DNA from: an uncultured Pseudomonadales bacterium
GTDB taxonomy: Bacteria > Patescibacteriota > Microgenomatia > UBA1400 > CAYNFZ01
Reading direction: 5' to 3'
NCBI GenBank assembly: GCA_964398525.1
Contig: CAYNMS010000001.1
Coordinates: 6,569 to 70,568 of the forward strand
DNA: 64,000 nt
Of the stretch, positions 13,071-23,432 are shown piece after piece. How positions within the stretch are numbered: the stretch's first letter is position 1; every line of letters begins with the position of its first letter. The position numbers and the translations under genes are program-made. Below the pieces are notes generated by a model. It was not told where the DNA came from. It saw only the letters and a program-made list of their open reading frames with translations, and made no database searches.

Positions 13071-14111
13071 CTACAAAAGCCTAAGCTTTTCATCTCTCTG
13101 ATCCGCTATCCCCAAATGCTCATAAGCTTTCTCTGTCACTATTCTCCCCTTAGGTGTGCGCTTCAACAGTCCCGCTCTCATCAAAAACGGCTCATACATG
13201 TCCTCTATAGTAGCTACATCCTCGGCGATACTTGCCGCTAGTGTCGATAGCCCGACCGGTCCTCCACCATGCTTTTCTACAATGGCCGTCAGTAGCATTC
13301 GGTCATTTCCATCCAGTCCAATTTCATCCACCTCCAACAACTTAAGAGTTTTCTCTACCACATCTCTAGTTATCAATTTATGCTTATACACCTGGGCGAA
13401 ATCCCTCACTCTCTTTAGTAGTTTCAACCCAATTCTAGCCGTTTTCCTCGATCGTGCCGCCAGCATCAACGCCGCTTCATCCTCAAACTCCAACATCAGT
13501 TTCTCCGCTGCTCCCATAATAATTTCCGCTAACTCTCCATCACTGTAAAAGTCCAACCGGTGCACCACTCCAAATCTGTCTCTCAATGGTGAAGAAATCT
13601 TACCTACTTGCGTCGTCGCCCCCACAATCGTAAATGGTGCCAGATCAAGTCTCACCGTTCTTGCCCCTGGCCCTTTCCCCAACACGATATCCAAAGCAAA
13701 ATCCTCCATCGCCGGATACAGCGTTTCCTCCACCACCTTGTTCAACCGATGAATTTCATCAATAAAGAGTACATCGCCCCGCTCCAAGTTCGTCAAAATA
13801 CTTGCCAAATCCCCCGCCCGCTCCATCGCCGGCCCGCTTGTCACTCGAATATTTGCCCCCATCTCCTTGGCAATAATGTGAGCTAAAGTAGTTTTGCCCA
13901 GTCCCGGTGGCCCGTAAAACATCACGTGTTCAATCGGCTCACTCCGGCTCTTGGCCGCTTCCAAAGCAATTTTCAAAGCCTTCTTGACCTTTTCCTGACC
14001 TCGAAACTCACTCCAACTTCCTGCCCGCAAAGACTGGTAAAGCATTTCTTCTTCATCCTCAAGAGGCTCGACCACTCTCACCTCATCACTTTGAACCATT
14101 CTACTTGCCAT
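13071..14111 (-). CDS. ruvB: Holliday junction branch-migration ATPase RuvB
   Basis: GPPGLGKTT, FIDEIHR and SPLRDRFG motifs. Confidence 0.98.
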   Translation of the reverse strand: MASRMVQSDEVRVVEPLEDEEEMLYQSLRAGSWSEFRGQEKVKKALKIALEAAKSRSEPIEHVMFYGPPGLGKTTLAHIIAKEMGANIRVTSGPAMERAGDLASILTNLERGDVLFIDEIHRLNKVVEETLYPAMEDFALDIVLGKGPGARTVRLDLAPFTIVGATTQVGKISSPLRDRFGVVHRLDFYSDGELAEIIMGAAEKLMLEFEDEAALMLAARSRKTARIGLKLLKRVRDFAQVYKHKLITRDVVEKTLKLLEVDEIGLDGNDRMLLTAIVEKHGGGPVGLSTLAASIAEDVATIEDMYEPFLMRAGLLKRTPKGRIVTEKAYEHLGIADQRDEKLRLL

Positions 14112-14116
14112 AATGT

Positions 14117-14169
14117 CTACTTACTACTTACTACTTACTACTTACTACTTACTACTTACTACTTACTAC
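14117..14169. repeat. Perfect heptamer tandem repeat (CTACTTA), about 7.6 copies
   Basis: Seven full copies plus CTAC, ending 5 nt upstream of the ruvB ATG. Confidence 0.97.
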
Positions 14170-14299
14170 ACGAAACATACCCCAAAACACCCTAGAGAGC
14201 AAGTCACTCCACATGGCTCTACTTTCTTATTATTCCCTCATTGATACCATTCTTACATCCAAGTAAAATCCCATTACTCAATCTTTTTTCTCTACCCAA

Positions 14300-15637
14300 T
14301 TGAATCGAATCTCCTCTCCACTTCACACCCTCCTCTCCCTCCTGGCTTTTCCTAAAGGCAAATCTCTCTCCCTTCTTTTAGCCCTCCTCCTGATTACTTT
14401 TCTCTTCTGGTTCCTTCGCCTCTATAACTTCGACCAACTCCTCACCTTCCACATCGACCAAGCCCAACATTTCTTCGAAGCCAAAGAAATGGTCGATACC
14501 CGGACTCCCAAACTGATCGGCCCTATTGTCACCACCCGCATGGTAGACGGCCGTGGCTTCTTTATCGGACCACTTTATTCCTATCTCTTGGCCATTCTAG
14601 GCAGCATTTTCAGCTGGAACATTATCGCCATTACCAAATTTCTTCTATTAATGTGGTGGTCTAGTGCTTTACTGCTCACCGTTTGGGTCGCCCGCCAACT
14701 TAATTGGTCAATTGCTCTATTGGTTTATCTACTCCTCGCCACCCATCCGACCCTTGTTGGTTATAGCCACATGGTCTTAAACCCCAACTTCCTCGCTTTG
14801 TTCTCCATTGGCTTTTTCTTTTTCCTCTTTCGCGCATTCTCCCACCCCTCCAAAGCCAATTGGTTCCTGACTGGCCTATTTACCGGTATTTGTCTGAGCT
14901 TTAACTACTTAGTTCTTTCCTATTTTGGCCTCATCGCCCTTGTCTGGCTTTACCAAATCTATCGTCGCCGTGCCCGCATTATCGACCCACTTGTCATCGG
15001 ATTTGGCATCATTCTTGGCAATCTGCCTTTCTTTATCTTCGAACTCCGGCACAATTTCTACAATCTCCGTACTATCCTTGATCTTGGTGTCAGTCCTGGT
15101 GGTGGAGCCAGTCTTATCGCCGGCTACACCCTCTTTGCTTTTCTTCCCCTAGCTGTCTGGATTTTTGCCTACTTTGCTGAATTTCTTCGCCGTAGAATCG
15201 GTTTTTTGGTTCCCCTCCTCCTCACACTTATCTTAGTTTTTTATTTCCAAACCTCCACTACTTATAGCCGTACCAGAGGTATCGGTATGCCCAAAGGCTG
15301 GAGTGTTCCCCTGCAGCAACAACTCGCCTACCAAATTTGCCAAGACAATCATGGCGAACCTTTCGAAATCGCCGCCATGGTCACTGCCGATATTCGCGCT
15401 ATGGATCTTCGCTGGTTTGTCCAGCAATGCGCCCAACCTGCCGGCTTTACACAGTATCCCTTCGTCGACACGCTTTATTTAGTCGACCAGGGTTTCTTAG
15501 CCCAAGGCATCGAGCCAGGCAATTGGGAAATCGCCAGTTTTGCCCCTTTTGCAGTTAGACAAAAGCAACAACTCAATCAATACCTCTGGTTTTACAAACT
15601 CGAACGCCTAAAACCTTCCTCCTCTCCCGCTCTCTGA
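14300..15637 (+). CDS. ArnT/PMT-like GT-C membrane glycosyltransferase
   Basis: FHIDQA, GPLYSYLLA and PFFIFELRHNFYN motifs; many TM helices. Confidence 0.75.
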   Translation: MNRISSPLHTLLSLLAFPKGKSLSLLLALLLITFLFWFLRLYNFDQLLTFHIDQAQHFFEAKEMVDTRTPKLIGPIVTTRMVDGRGFFIGPLYSYLLAILGSIFSWNIIAITKFLLLMWWSSALLLTVWVARQLNWSIALLVYLLLATHPTLVGYSHMVLNPNFLALFSIGFFFFLFRAFSHPSKANWFLTGLFTGICLSFNYLVLSYFGLIALVWLYQIYRRRARIIDPLVIGFGIILGNLPFFIFELRHNFYNLRTILDLGVSPGGGASLIAGYTLFAFLPLAVWIFAYFAEFLRRRIGFLVPLLLTLILVFYFQTSTTYSRTRGIGMPKGWSVPLQQQLAYQICQDNHGEPFEIAAMVTADIRAMDLRWFVQQCAQPAGFTQYPFVDTLYLVDQGFLAQGIEPGNWEIASFAPFAVRQKQQLNQYLWFYKLERLKPSSSPAL

Positions 15638-15640
15638 CTC

Positions 15641-16195
15641 CTATCTCCCCAACTTCTTAATCACTTCTCTCACTTTCTCTTCCTCTCTCATACCAGCAGG
15701 TAAACCTCGAAGCACTTCCTCCACTTCTCGTCGTCCAAACCCCATACTCATCAACGCTTGAACCAGCTCTCCTCCATCTGTCTCCGTCAAATCTAGTTCT
15801 GCCAAATCTCCCAACTTACTCTTCAGATCCACTATTATCCGTTGTGCGTTCTTCTTGCCAATTCCCGACACGCTGGTAAAAAATCCTACATCTGCCATTG
15901 CCACCGCCTTCTGCACTTCTTCAGCTTTCCCTCGATTCAACACATTCATGGCCATTTTTGGCCCCACCCCTGAAACAGAAATTAACATCTGAAATAACTT
16001 TAGTTGTTTCTTGTCCCTAAACCCATAAAGCGTCAACTCATCTTCTTTGACATATGTGTGCACATAAACTTCCAAACCTGCTCCTTTCTCCAATCCCTCA
16101 GATACCATCACCACTTTATATCCCACCCCACCTACCATCAGTATCAAAGACTTCTCCGCCACCTCATATATTTCACCTTTTAAAAATCCAATCAT
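15641..16195 (-). CDS. ruvA: Holliday junction DNA-binding protein RuvA
   Basis: MIGFLKG, LYGF, ISVSGVGPK and GIGKKNAQRI. Confidence 0.97.
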   Translation of the reverse strand: MIGFLKGEIYEVAEKSLILMVGGVGYKVVMVSEGLEKGAGLEVYVHTYVKEDELTLYGFRDKKQLKLFQMLISVSGVGPKMAMNVLNRGKAEEVQKAVAMADVGFFTSVSGIGKKNAQRIIVDLKSKLGDLAELDLTETDGGELVQALMSMGFGRREVEEVLRGLPAGMREEEKVREVIKKLGR

Positions 16196-16265
16196 TTCCC
16201 TCCTTTATTCGCCTCATATTATCACACCTTTGACCAACACTTCCGCCAGAGGTTATAGTTACCCT

Positions 16266-16700
16266 ATGCTCAAAATCTATCGTTTCCTTGCCGTCATCAT
16301 GCTCATCTCCGGAGCCATTATGTTCTCCGCTCTCCTACAAACCTTCGATGCACTCCCTCCCCGCCTCGTTCAATCCCTCATCAATTCTCTAGATCACCGC
16401 CGCCTCCGTGAGCCTACCCAATCGCAAATCTACGATATGTTTAATCAATCCAAACTCTGCCGCCAAAACGCCGACTGTAGTTACTCTGTTACTCGCCAAA
16501 CCCATTGCCAAATAGAAGTCGCCAACCGCTATTACCTCGAAATCCCCGAAGATCAAGAATTTGTTTTCAACCCCATCGATTGCCCCACTCTACCTGAACG
16601 CGACTTTGACTACCTCACTTGCTCTAAAAATATCTGCACCAAACACAATCTGCCCTTTAAGGATTTCTTCACTCGTCCCAACCCCTCTCCCCAGCCCTAA
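16266..16700 (+). CDS. Membrane-anchored, Cys-rich exported protein
   Basis: N-terminal TM helix; six Cys (CRQNADC…C…C…CSKNIC); TATAGT 6 nt before the ATG. Confidence 0.65.
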   Translation: MLKIYRFLAVIMLISGAIMFSALLQTFDALPPRLVQSLINSLDHRRLREPTQSQIYDMFNQSKLCRQNADCSYSVTRQTHCQIEVANRYYLEIPEDQEFVFNPIDCPTLPERDFDYLTCSKNICTKHNLPFKDFFTRPNPSPQP

Positions 16701-17188
16701 GTCGACCTTGTCCTCAATTGACTGTTGATAAAAAAATGCGTCAATGCCGCCGCCATCGCATCCGCCGCATCATCAGATTTTGGCACAGCTTTCAACTTCA
16801 ACTGGCTTTTTACCATCATCTGCATTTGCTTTTTGTCAGCCTGGCCATAGCCGGCTATACATCGCTTTATCTGTAGTGGCGTGTAGTTATAAGCCGCTAC
16901 CTTCTTTTTTACTAAAGCTACCAAAATTACCCCCCGAGCCTGCCCCACTCCCATCACCGTCTTGGCATTTTTAAAAAAGTACAACTCCTCCACTGCCGCT
17001 GCATCTGGATGATGTTTATCCACCAACTCACTAATTTGATCAAAAATCTCCTCTAGTCTTACATTCAATGAGTCTGTTGGCGAAGTCTCCAAACACCCGC
17101 ACTCCACCAAATTTTGCCTAGATCGATTTCCTTCCACTATCGCCCAGCCCATCCTCCCAAACCCCGGATCAATTCCCAATACTTTCAT
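16697..17188 (-). CDS. ruvC: Holliday junction resolvase RuvC
   Basis: LGIDPG, QARGV and DDAADA motifs. Confidence 0.97.
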   Translation of the reverse strand: MKVLGIDPGFGRMGWAIVEGNRSRQNLVECGCLETSPTDSLNVRLEEIFDQISELVDKHHPDAAAVEELYFFKNAKTVMGVGQARGVILVALVKKKVAAYNYTPLQIKRCIAGYGQADKKQMQMMVKSQLKLKAVPKSDDAADAMAAALTHFFINSQLRTRST

Positions 17189-17225
17189 GTTCCTATCTTA
17201 TCTTTAAACCCTTAATACTCAACTC

Positions 17226-18470
17226 CTATTTCTCCCAGTCAGACATCACTGTCTGTGGCAGCCTCAATTTCCTAGGCATCACTAAAAACAATCCAACACA
17301 AACTACAGCTCCAAAAATCCCCAACCATCCAAAAGTTGCGATCTCACCAATAAATTCCGATGCTCCTCCTACCAAAACCGGCCCAAACACAAAGGCAATA
17401 CTGCCCATCGAACTGGACAAACCCACCAGATGTTTTCTCTCTCTCCCCATCCTACTTAATAAATCCGTATACACGGCATCAATCAAGGGTAAAGCTACCG
17501 AAGCCAACATGCCTGCTACAAACACCAAAGCTATCCTAAACGGCAAACTCACATCCAAAAGTTGTAACCCTAAAACCAGACTCGCACCCGCCATCAAACC
17601 TGTTGCCCAAATCTTTTTCCGTCGATATATACCCCATTTAACAATCATCCCTCCCGCAAACAATGATGGTAACAAATATGCCGGTATCCACAACCCGCCC
17701 CACCAACTCTCTTTCAGCAAGCGGGCAGACAGCACCGCCCCTATTGTCCAAAAACTCGAATCAATCAACGTAAAGATCAATGACAACACCAATATAGGCC
17801 AGATATGAGGCAGCAATACTAACCAGTGTCCTATTTCGTCTTTCAAGTTCACATGTTTCCAATCCGCGCTCCATTCCCGCTCTCCCTTTTTGTCGGATAT
17901 CAAAATAATCATTCCCCCTCCTAAAACCGCCAAACCGATGGCAACCATTAACATCGCCTCTACTCCTATCATCAGCAACCCTCCCGCTAATAGCGGACCA
18001 AACACGTAAGCCAAACTCGAAAAGGTTCGCAATATCGCCCACACTCCGCTTCGCCTCTCTACCCTTACCCTCTCGGCCACATACTGCTGTTTAGCAAAAA
18101 TTAAAATTTCATAATACACCCCCCACAACCCCATCCCCACCAGCGCCAACCATAATCCTCGCATCAAAAACACCCACCCCATTACTCCACTAAACAATAT
18201 TCCTACTACCACCCCAAACACAAACAGATAAGTAGCCTTAATTTCTTTAACTATCTGAGGAAAGGCTAAATCCACTCCCAGCCCCACCACCGACGAAAAA
18301 CTCATCACCAAGCCCATCAATAATCCACTCCCCCAAATTTCCTCCAATAGTCCTGGCACCCAGAAACTCAACATCGCATCTGCCAAATAGATGAAAAAAA
18401 TTGCGCTTACCAAACCAGCCATCCTCAGCCAAAACGGATTAAATCTACCTTGCCATTCTTGTTTCTTCAT
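17226..18470 (-). CDS. MFS transporter
   Basis: 414 aa with about 12 TM helices in two halves. Confidence 0.8.
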   Translation of the reverse strand: MKKQEWQGRFNPFWLRMAGLVSAIFFIYLADAMLSFWVPGLLEEIWGSGLLMGLVMSFSSVVGLGVDLAFPQIVKEIKATYLFVFGVVVGILFSGVMGWVFLMRGLWLALVGMGLWGVYYEILIFAKQQYVAERVRVERRSGVWAILRTFSSLAYVFGPLLAGGLLMIGVEAMLMVAIGLAVLGGGMIILISDKKGEREWSADWKHVNLKDEIGHWLVLLPHIWPILVLSLIFTLIDSSFWTIGAVLSARLLKESWWGGLWIPAYLLPSLFAGGMIVKWGIYRRKKIWATGLMAGASLVLGLQLLDVSLPFRIALVFVAGMLASVALPLIDAVYTDLLSRMGRERKHLVGLSSSMGSIAFVFGPVLVGGASEFIGEIATFGWLGIFGAVVCVGLFLVMPRKLRLPQTVMSDWEK

Positions 18471-18542
18471 CTTTCAATCTTAGCAATTCTTTCTTACCAA
18501 TTTCATGCCAAAACTCTCTCCCCCCTTGAATATAATATATTC

Positions 18543-19310
18543 ATGGTTTCCCTCGTTCTCCTTAACCTTTTTCTTTTTCTCTTCCTTCTCTTAGTCATTT
18601 TTGAACTTTCCCTGTCTCACAAGCCTTCTCGTTTTCATCAAACCTCCCTTTCGTTTTCTCCCTTCTTTACCCTGGTACTTGTTCTCATTTCCATGGCTTT
18701 AGTCTTGGCTCTAATCCTCTATGCCCCCGGTCATCTTCTCCGCTACTACATCATTTTCCTCATGGGCTTTTCCCTAGTGTCTCATACTTTTTGGCTTTCC
18801 CAGAATAAGCATCACCAATTTATCTTTCCTCTCCTGGCTCTCCTACTCTTCTTTGCTCGTTTGTATACCAGTTACGATCTGATCCATAATCTTTTTCTCA
18901 TCTTTGCCATCTCCTGGCTTGGTCCAGTCATCACTCAAATCAAACTCATCAATCGCCACCGCTTTGTCGTTATCAGCCTCCTCTGGTTTCTCTATGATAT
19001 TGTCTTTGTCTGGGTTAGTAAAACCAGCGCCCAAGTCCAAGTTAATACCGAAAATATCGGCTTTCCCCTCGGCCTCACCGTCTCCGACAATCTTCTTGGC
19101 ACGGGTGATCTCCTTTGGTCTTCTTTATTCCTCTCCATCCTGCCTTCCTCCCACACCCGTCTTCACGCCTCTCTCTTACTCTTGTCTTCCAACATCATTC
19201 TCAATCTTTTGGCCATCACCCTCGGGTTTTACACCTTCCCCCTTCTCGTCCTCTGGGTCCCCCTTGGCATTCTCTACCTCAATTTTTCCATCAAAAAACC
19301 CCGCGTTTAA
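18543..19310 (+). CDS. Presenilin/signal-peptide-peptidase-like GxGD intramembrane aspartyl protease
   Basis: LYDIVFVW (YD), LLGTGDLL (GxGD) and C-terminal FPLL (PAL-like) in a polytopic membrane protein. Confidence 0.7.
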   Translation: MVSLVLLNLFLFLFLLLVIFELSLSHKPSRFHQTSLSFSPFFTLVLVLISMALVLALILYAPGHLLRYYIIFLMGFSLVSHTFWLSQNKHHQFIFPLLALLLFFARLYTSYDLIHNLFLIFAISWLGPVITQIKLINRHRFVVISLLWFLYDIVFVWVSKTSAQVQVNTENIGFPLGLTVSDNLLGTGDLLWSSLFLSILPSSHTRLHASLLLLSSNIILNLLAITLGFYTFPLLVLWVPLGILYLNFSIKKPRV

Positions 19311-19317
19311 GCGGGGT
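19293..19317 (-). terminator. Intrinsic terminator of the 16S transcript
   Basis: Minus strand ACCCCGC-ttaaac-GCGGGGT followed by a T-run. Confidence 0.8.
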
Positions 19318-19538
19318 AATCTAGCGAATCCAGGCAATTCTAAACCTCTAAGAGGTGGTAGGAAGCGACCATCCCAAACAGAAAGCCTGTTTAAGCTGGT
19401 CCCTTCTTGGTCTCCGTGGCAACTACAAGGTAATGCCACGTGCCCAATTTAAGGCTGGGTGCCTAGAGTATTTTTGATCTGTTACCAGATCAGGGTATTT
19501 ACTTATCCCATGCGTGAGGCTGGGAACCCGTACTCCTT

Positions 19539-21042
<1,504 letters not shown>

Positions 21043-21143
21043 AAATGAGCAAGAGACATAGTTCATCTCTTACTGCTTCCTACCACATCTTAGCTGTTAA
21101 GATGTGGATCATTATCCTTACTCTGTTTTCGCTGCGTATTTAA

Positions 21144-21155
21144 TTATTAAAGTGC
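21144..21155 (-). promoter_or_regulatory. BoxA-like antitermination element in the 16S leader
   Basis: Minus strand TGCACTTTAATA resembles TGCTCTTTAACA. Confidence 0.55.
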
Positions 21156-21377
21156 AATAAAACCAATCCAGGGGTTTTTAGGCCTTTGGTTTAGTCACTC
21201 TGTGAGCCTTTCCGTTAGGAGTACTCACTTAAAAAAGTTTGCTGTCAAGAAATAAAAAGCCCCGACTAAGCGGGGATGGTTATCAAGTGGCTTAGCTGAG
21301 ATTTTTACCTTGTCATACTCAACATGTATCCTACCACACTCTCCTTTAAAATCAACAGCCACCACCCCTATCCTTTT

Positions 21378-21746
21378 TTAACTTTTTTCAGCCCAGTTAA
21401 TCCCCACCCTTTCACTTAAAATTGTAAAAGGCTCCAGCCTTTTCATAACATCCCGCTTTATCCACATCATCTCTTCAAACATGACCCCATCTTCCTCCAA
21501 TTGTTCAATTAAATTCAAATCAGATGCATTGTTTAAATACTGCAATAGTAGAACCGCCAGAATTTCTCGTCTTGCTTCTTCACAAATCTCACCTTCAAAC
21601 ACCTTTATCAAAGTTTCGACAGGTATTAACCATTGGCCTTTTTCCACTTCCTGAATACTCAAATCATCTACACAAACAGAATTCCCCAATCTCTTAACCA
21701 ATAGTTTTCCATGACTCTCATTCAATTGTAGTTCTGGATTTCGCAT
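21378..21746 (-). CDS. Hypothetical protein
   Basis: 122-aa ORF. Confidence 0.6.
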   Translation of the reverse strand: MRNPELQLNESHGKLLVKRLGNSVCVDDLSIQEVEKGQWLIPVETLIKVFEGEICEEARREILAVLLLQYLNNASDLNLIEQLEEDGVMFEEMMWIKRDVMKRLEPFTILSERVGINWAEKS

Positions 21747-21802
21747 TTAGCCTACTATTTTAGGCACGCGTAATTTACCCAATCTTCAGGCAAAATGCAA
21801 AC

Positions 21803-22519
21803 CTACCAGACTAAAATGGTCGCCACCTCAGCACAACTCTTTCCTTCCTGCCCCTCCGTCGTCACCCACACGTTATAAATTCCTCTTTCATCTGCTTCCA
21901 CTCGATCTCCATTCCTCCATTCCTTTTCTCCCGTCGGACCAATCACTTTAATTCTCGTGTCGTCTGCAAATTGTCCCGTGCCGTCGTGAAACGACCCCAC
22001 TCTAAACTCCTCCCCCCTGTCTAATTCCAGGTATTGTCCCCAATCAGTTTGCTCATCAGGTTGCACTCTAGCCTGAGTACTCCCATATTTACACTCTGCT
22101 ATTTCACTCGGATACGCTTCTACTTCAACACTCGCCCACTCCATACAGTTATCCCCCCACTGTCCCTCCGTCGTCACCCAAATCCGATACGTCCCAGGTC
22201 TGTCAGCCCTAATTGTAGCTTCATTACTCGAGAAATCATGCACTCCTGGGCCCAATACAATTATCCTGGTGTCATTGGCAAACTGCCCTGTCCCATCATG
22301 AAACGAACCCACTCTAAAACTCTCACCTTGTCTAATCCTAATCTCCCTCTGCCAAGGCTGGCTAATGCTCTGCTGTACTCTTGCCTGAGTCGAGCTATAG
22401 TTACACCCCACCGCCCCTACTTCCGATCCCACACTCAAGCCTGCCAACAACAATCCAAGCACCAACCCCAAACTCAATATGCCTTTTATCTTCTTCATAC
22501 TAACTTCCTCTGCCCGCAA
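21803..22519 (-). CDS. Secreted protein with two tandem beta-rich repeat domains of about 95 aa
   Basis: Signal peptide; duplicated CxYxSTQARVQ…FRVGSFHDGTGQFAxDTRI…WVTTEGQxGxxCxExA. Confidence 0.8.
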   Translation of the reverse strand: MRAEEVSMKKIKGILSLGLVLGLLLAGLSVGSEVGAVGCNYSSTQARVQQSISQPWQREIRIRQGESFRVGSFHDGTGQFANDTRIIVLGPGVHDFSSNEATIRADRPGTYRIWVTTEGQWGDNCMEWASVEVEAYPSEIAECKYGSTQARVQPDEQTDWGQYLELDRGEEFRVGSFHDGTGQFADDTRIKVIGPTGEKEWRNGDRVEADERGIYNVWVTTEGQEGKSCAEVATILVW

Positions 22520-22565
22520 ACTCTAACAAACAAACCACTACCCATCAAGCTTTTTTACCGTTTTC

Positions 22566-23432
22566 TTACCCAATTCTTGGCCTTTTATGTTCAATTATTT
22601 CGACTTCTTTTTCTTGGTAAACTATCGGATTACTTAGTTGTATTTTTCTTTCTTCATATCTTGATAATTGCACCTTCAAAGCCATTTCACTCAATTCTTG
22701 GTCATTAAACCTATTAGCTACACGCTCCTCTCCTTGAAGCACATAACCTAAAAACTGAGTCGCAATTGGGCTCATAGTTGCAATGCCAAAAATCTGTACT
22801 ATTGTCTGAAATGTACTTAAGTCTTGAGTAACAGTTATAGCCGAGAGCAGACCTGCCGCCACTCCTGCCAATCTATTCAATCTTTTTTTATAACGCAATA
22901 TTTCATTTAACTCCCTTTCGTTTTCACCTAGATGGGCTAGTTCATGTAACAAATTTCCAGAAATTCTTTGGTGCAATTTTTTAGTATCTACAAAATCATC
23001 TTGCACTACTCCCCTTAAAAGATTTGGTAAATTTACTCCTACCAATTTCATATCCTCCCGATCCGTACGTTGAGCAGCCGCTGCCTCTATCAAAAAAAAT
23101 TCATCCTTTAATCCTGACTCATTCATCCCCATGTTCTGACTTGCATAAGCACTCATGTCATTAAAACTCCCGAAAAAAACAATTTCGTTAATCTTTAACC
23201 TTAATTCTTGTGCTCTCTTGCTTTCTCCCATTTCCTCTAATCTATCCGCTGCCTCCAAAATCACAGCCTTTCTATCGATATCCAAATGAATCACCCATCC
23301 ATTGGCACACTTCACGCTGGCCTTTACTCTTTCCGGCATATCCCTAAATTCGCCCTCAATTACTACCCCATCATTGGAAACAATGCCATCTGCCATTCTT
23401 ACTCCCTTATTACTCCTCCCCCTATCATACAC
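22566..23432 (-). CDS. Hypothetical membrane protein with an HExxH motif
   Basis: LLHELAH followed by hydrophobic segments and EERVAN. Confidence 0.6.
   Translation of the reverse strand: MYDRGRSNKGVRMADGIVSNDGVVIEGEFRDMPERVKASVKCANGWVIHLDIDRKAVILEAADRLEEMGESKRAQELRLKINEIVFFGSFNDMSAYASQNMGMNESGLKDEFFLIEAAAAQRTDREDMKLVGVNLPNLLRGVVQDDFVDTKKLHQRISGNLLHELAHLGENERELNEILRYKKRLNRLAGVAAGLLSAITVTQDLSTFQTIVQIFGIATMSPIATQFLGYVLQGEERVANRFNDQELSEMALKVQLSRYEERKIQLSNPIVYQEKEVEIIEHKRPRIG

Noticed and set aside
14117-14169. CRISPR array
   Set aside because: Pure 7-bp tandem repeat with no spacers and no cas genes in the window.
13926-14195. ORF containing a YYLLLTT repeat
   Set aside because: Translation of the CTACTTA microsatellite, antisense to ruvB.
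19329-19468. Divergent 5S rRNA
   Set aside because: The terminal stem resembles 5S ends, but the CCGAAC loop and loop-E motifs are absent.
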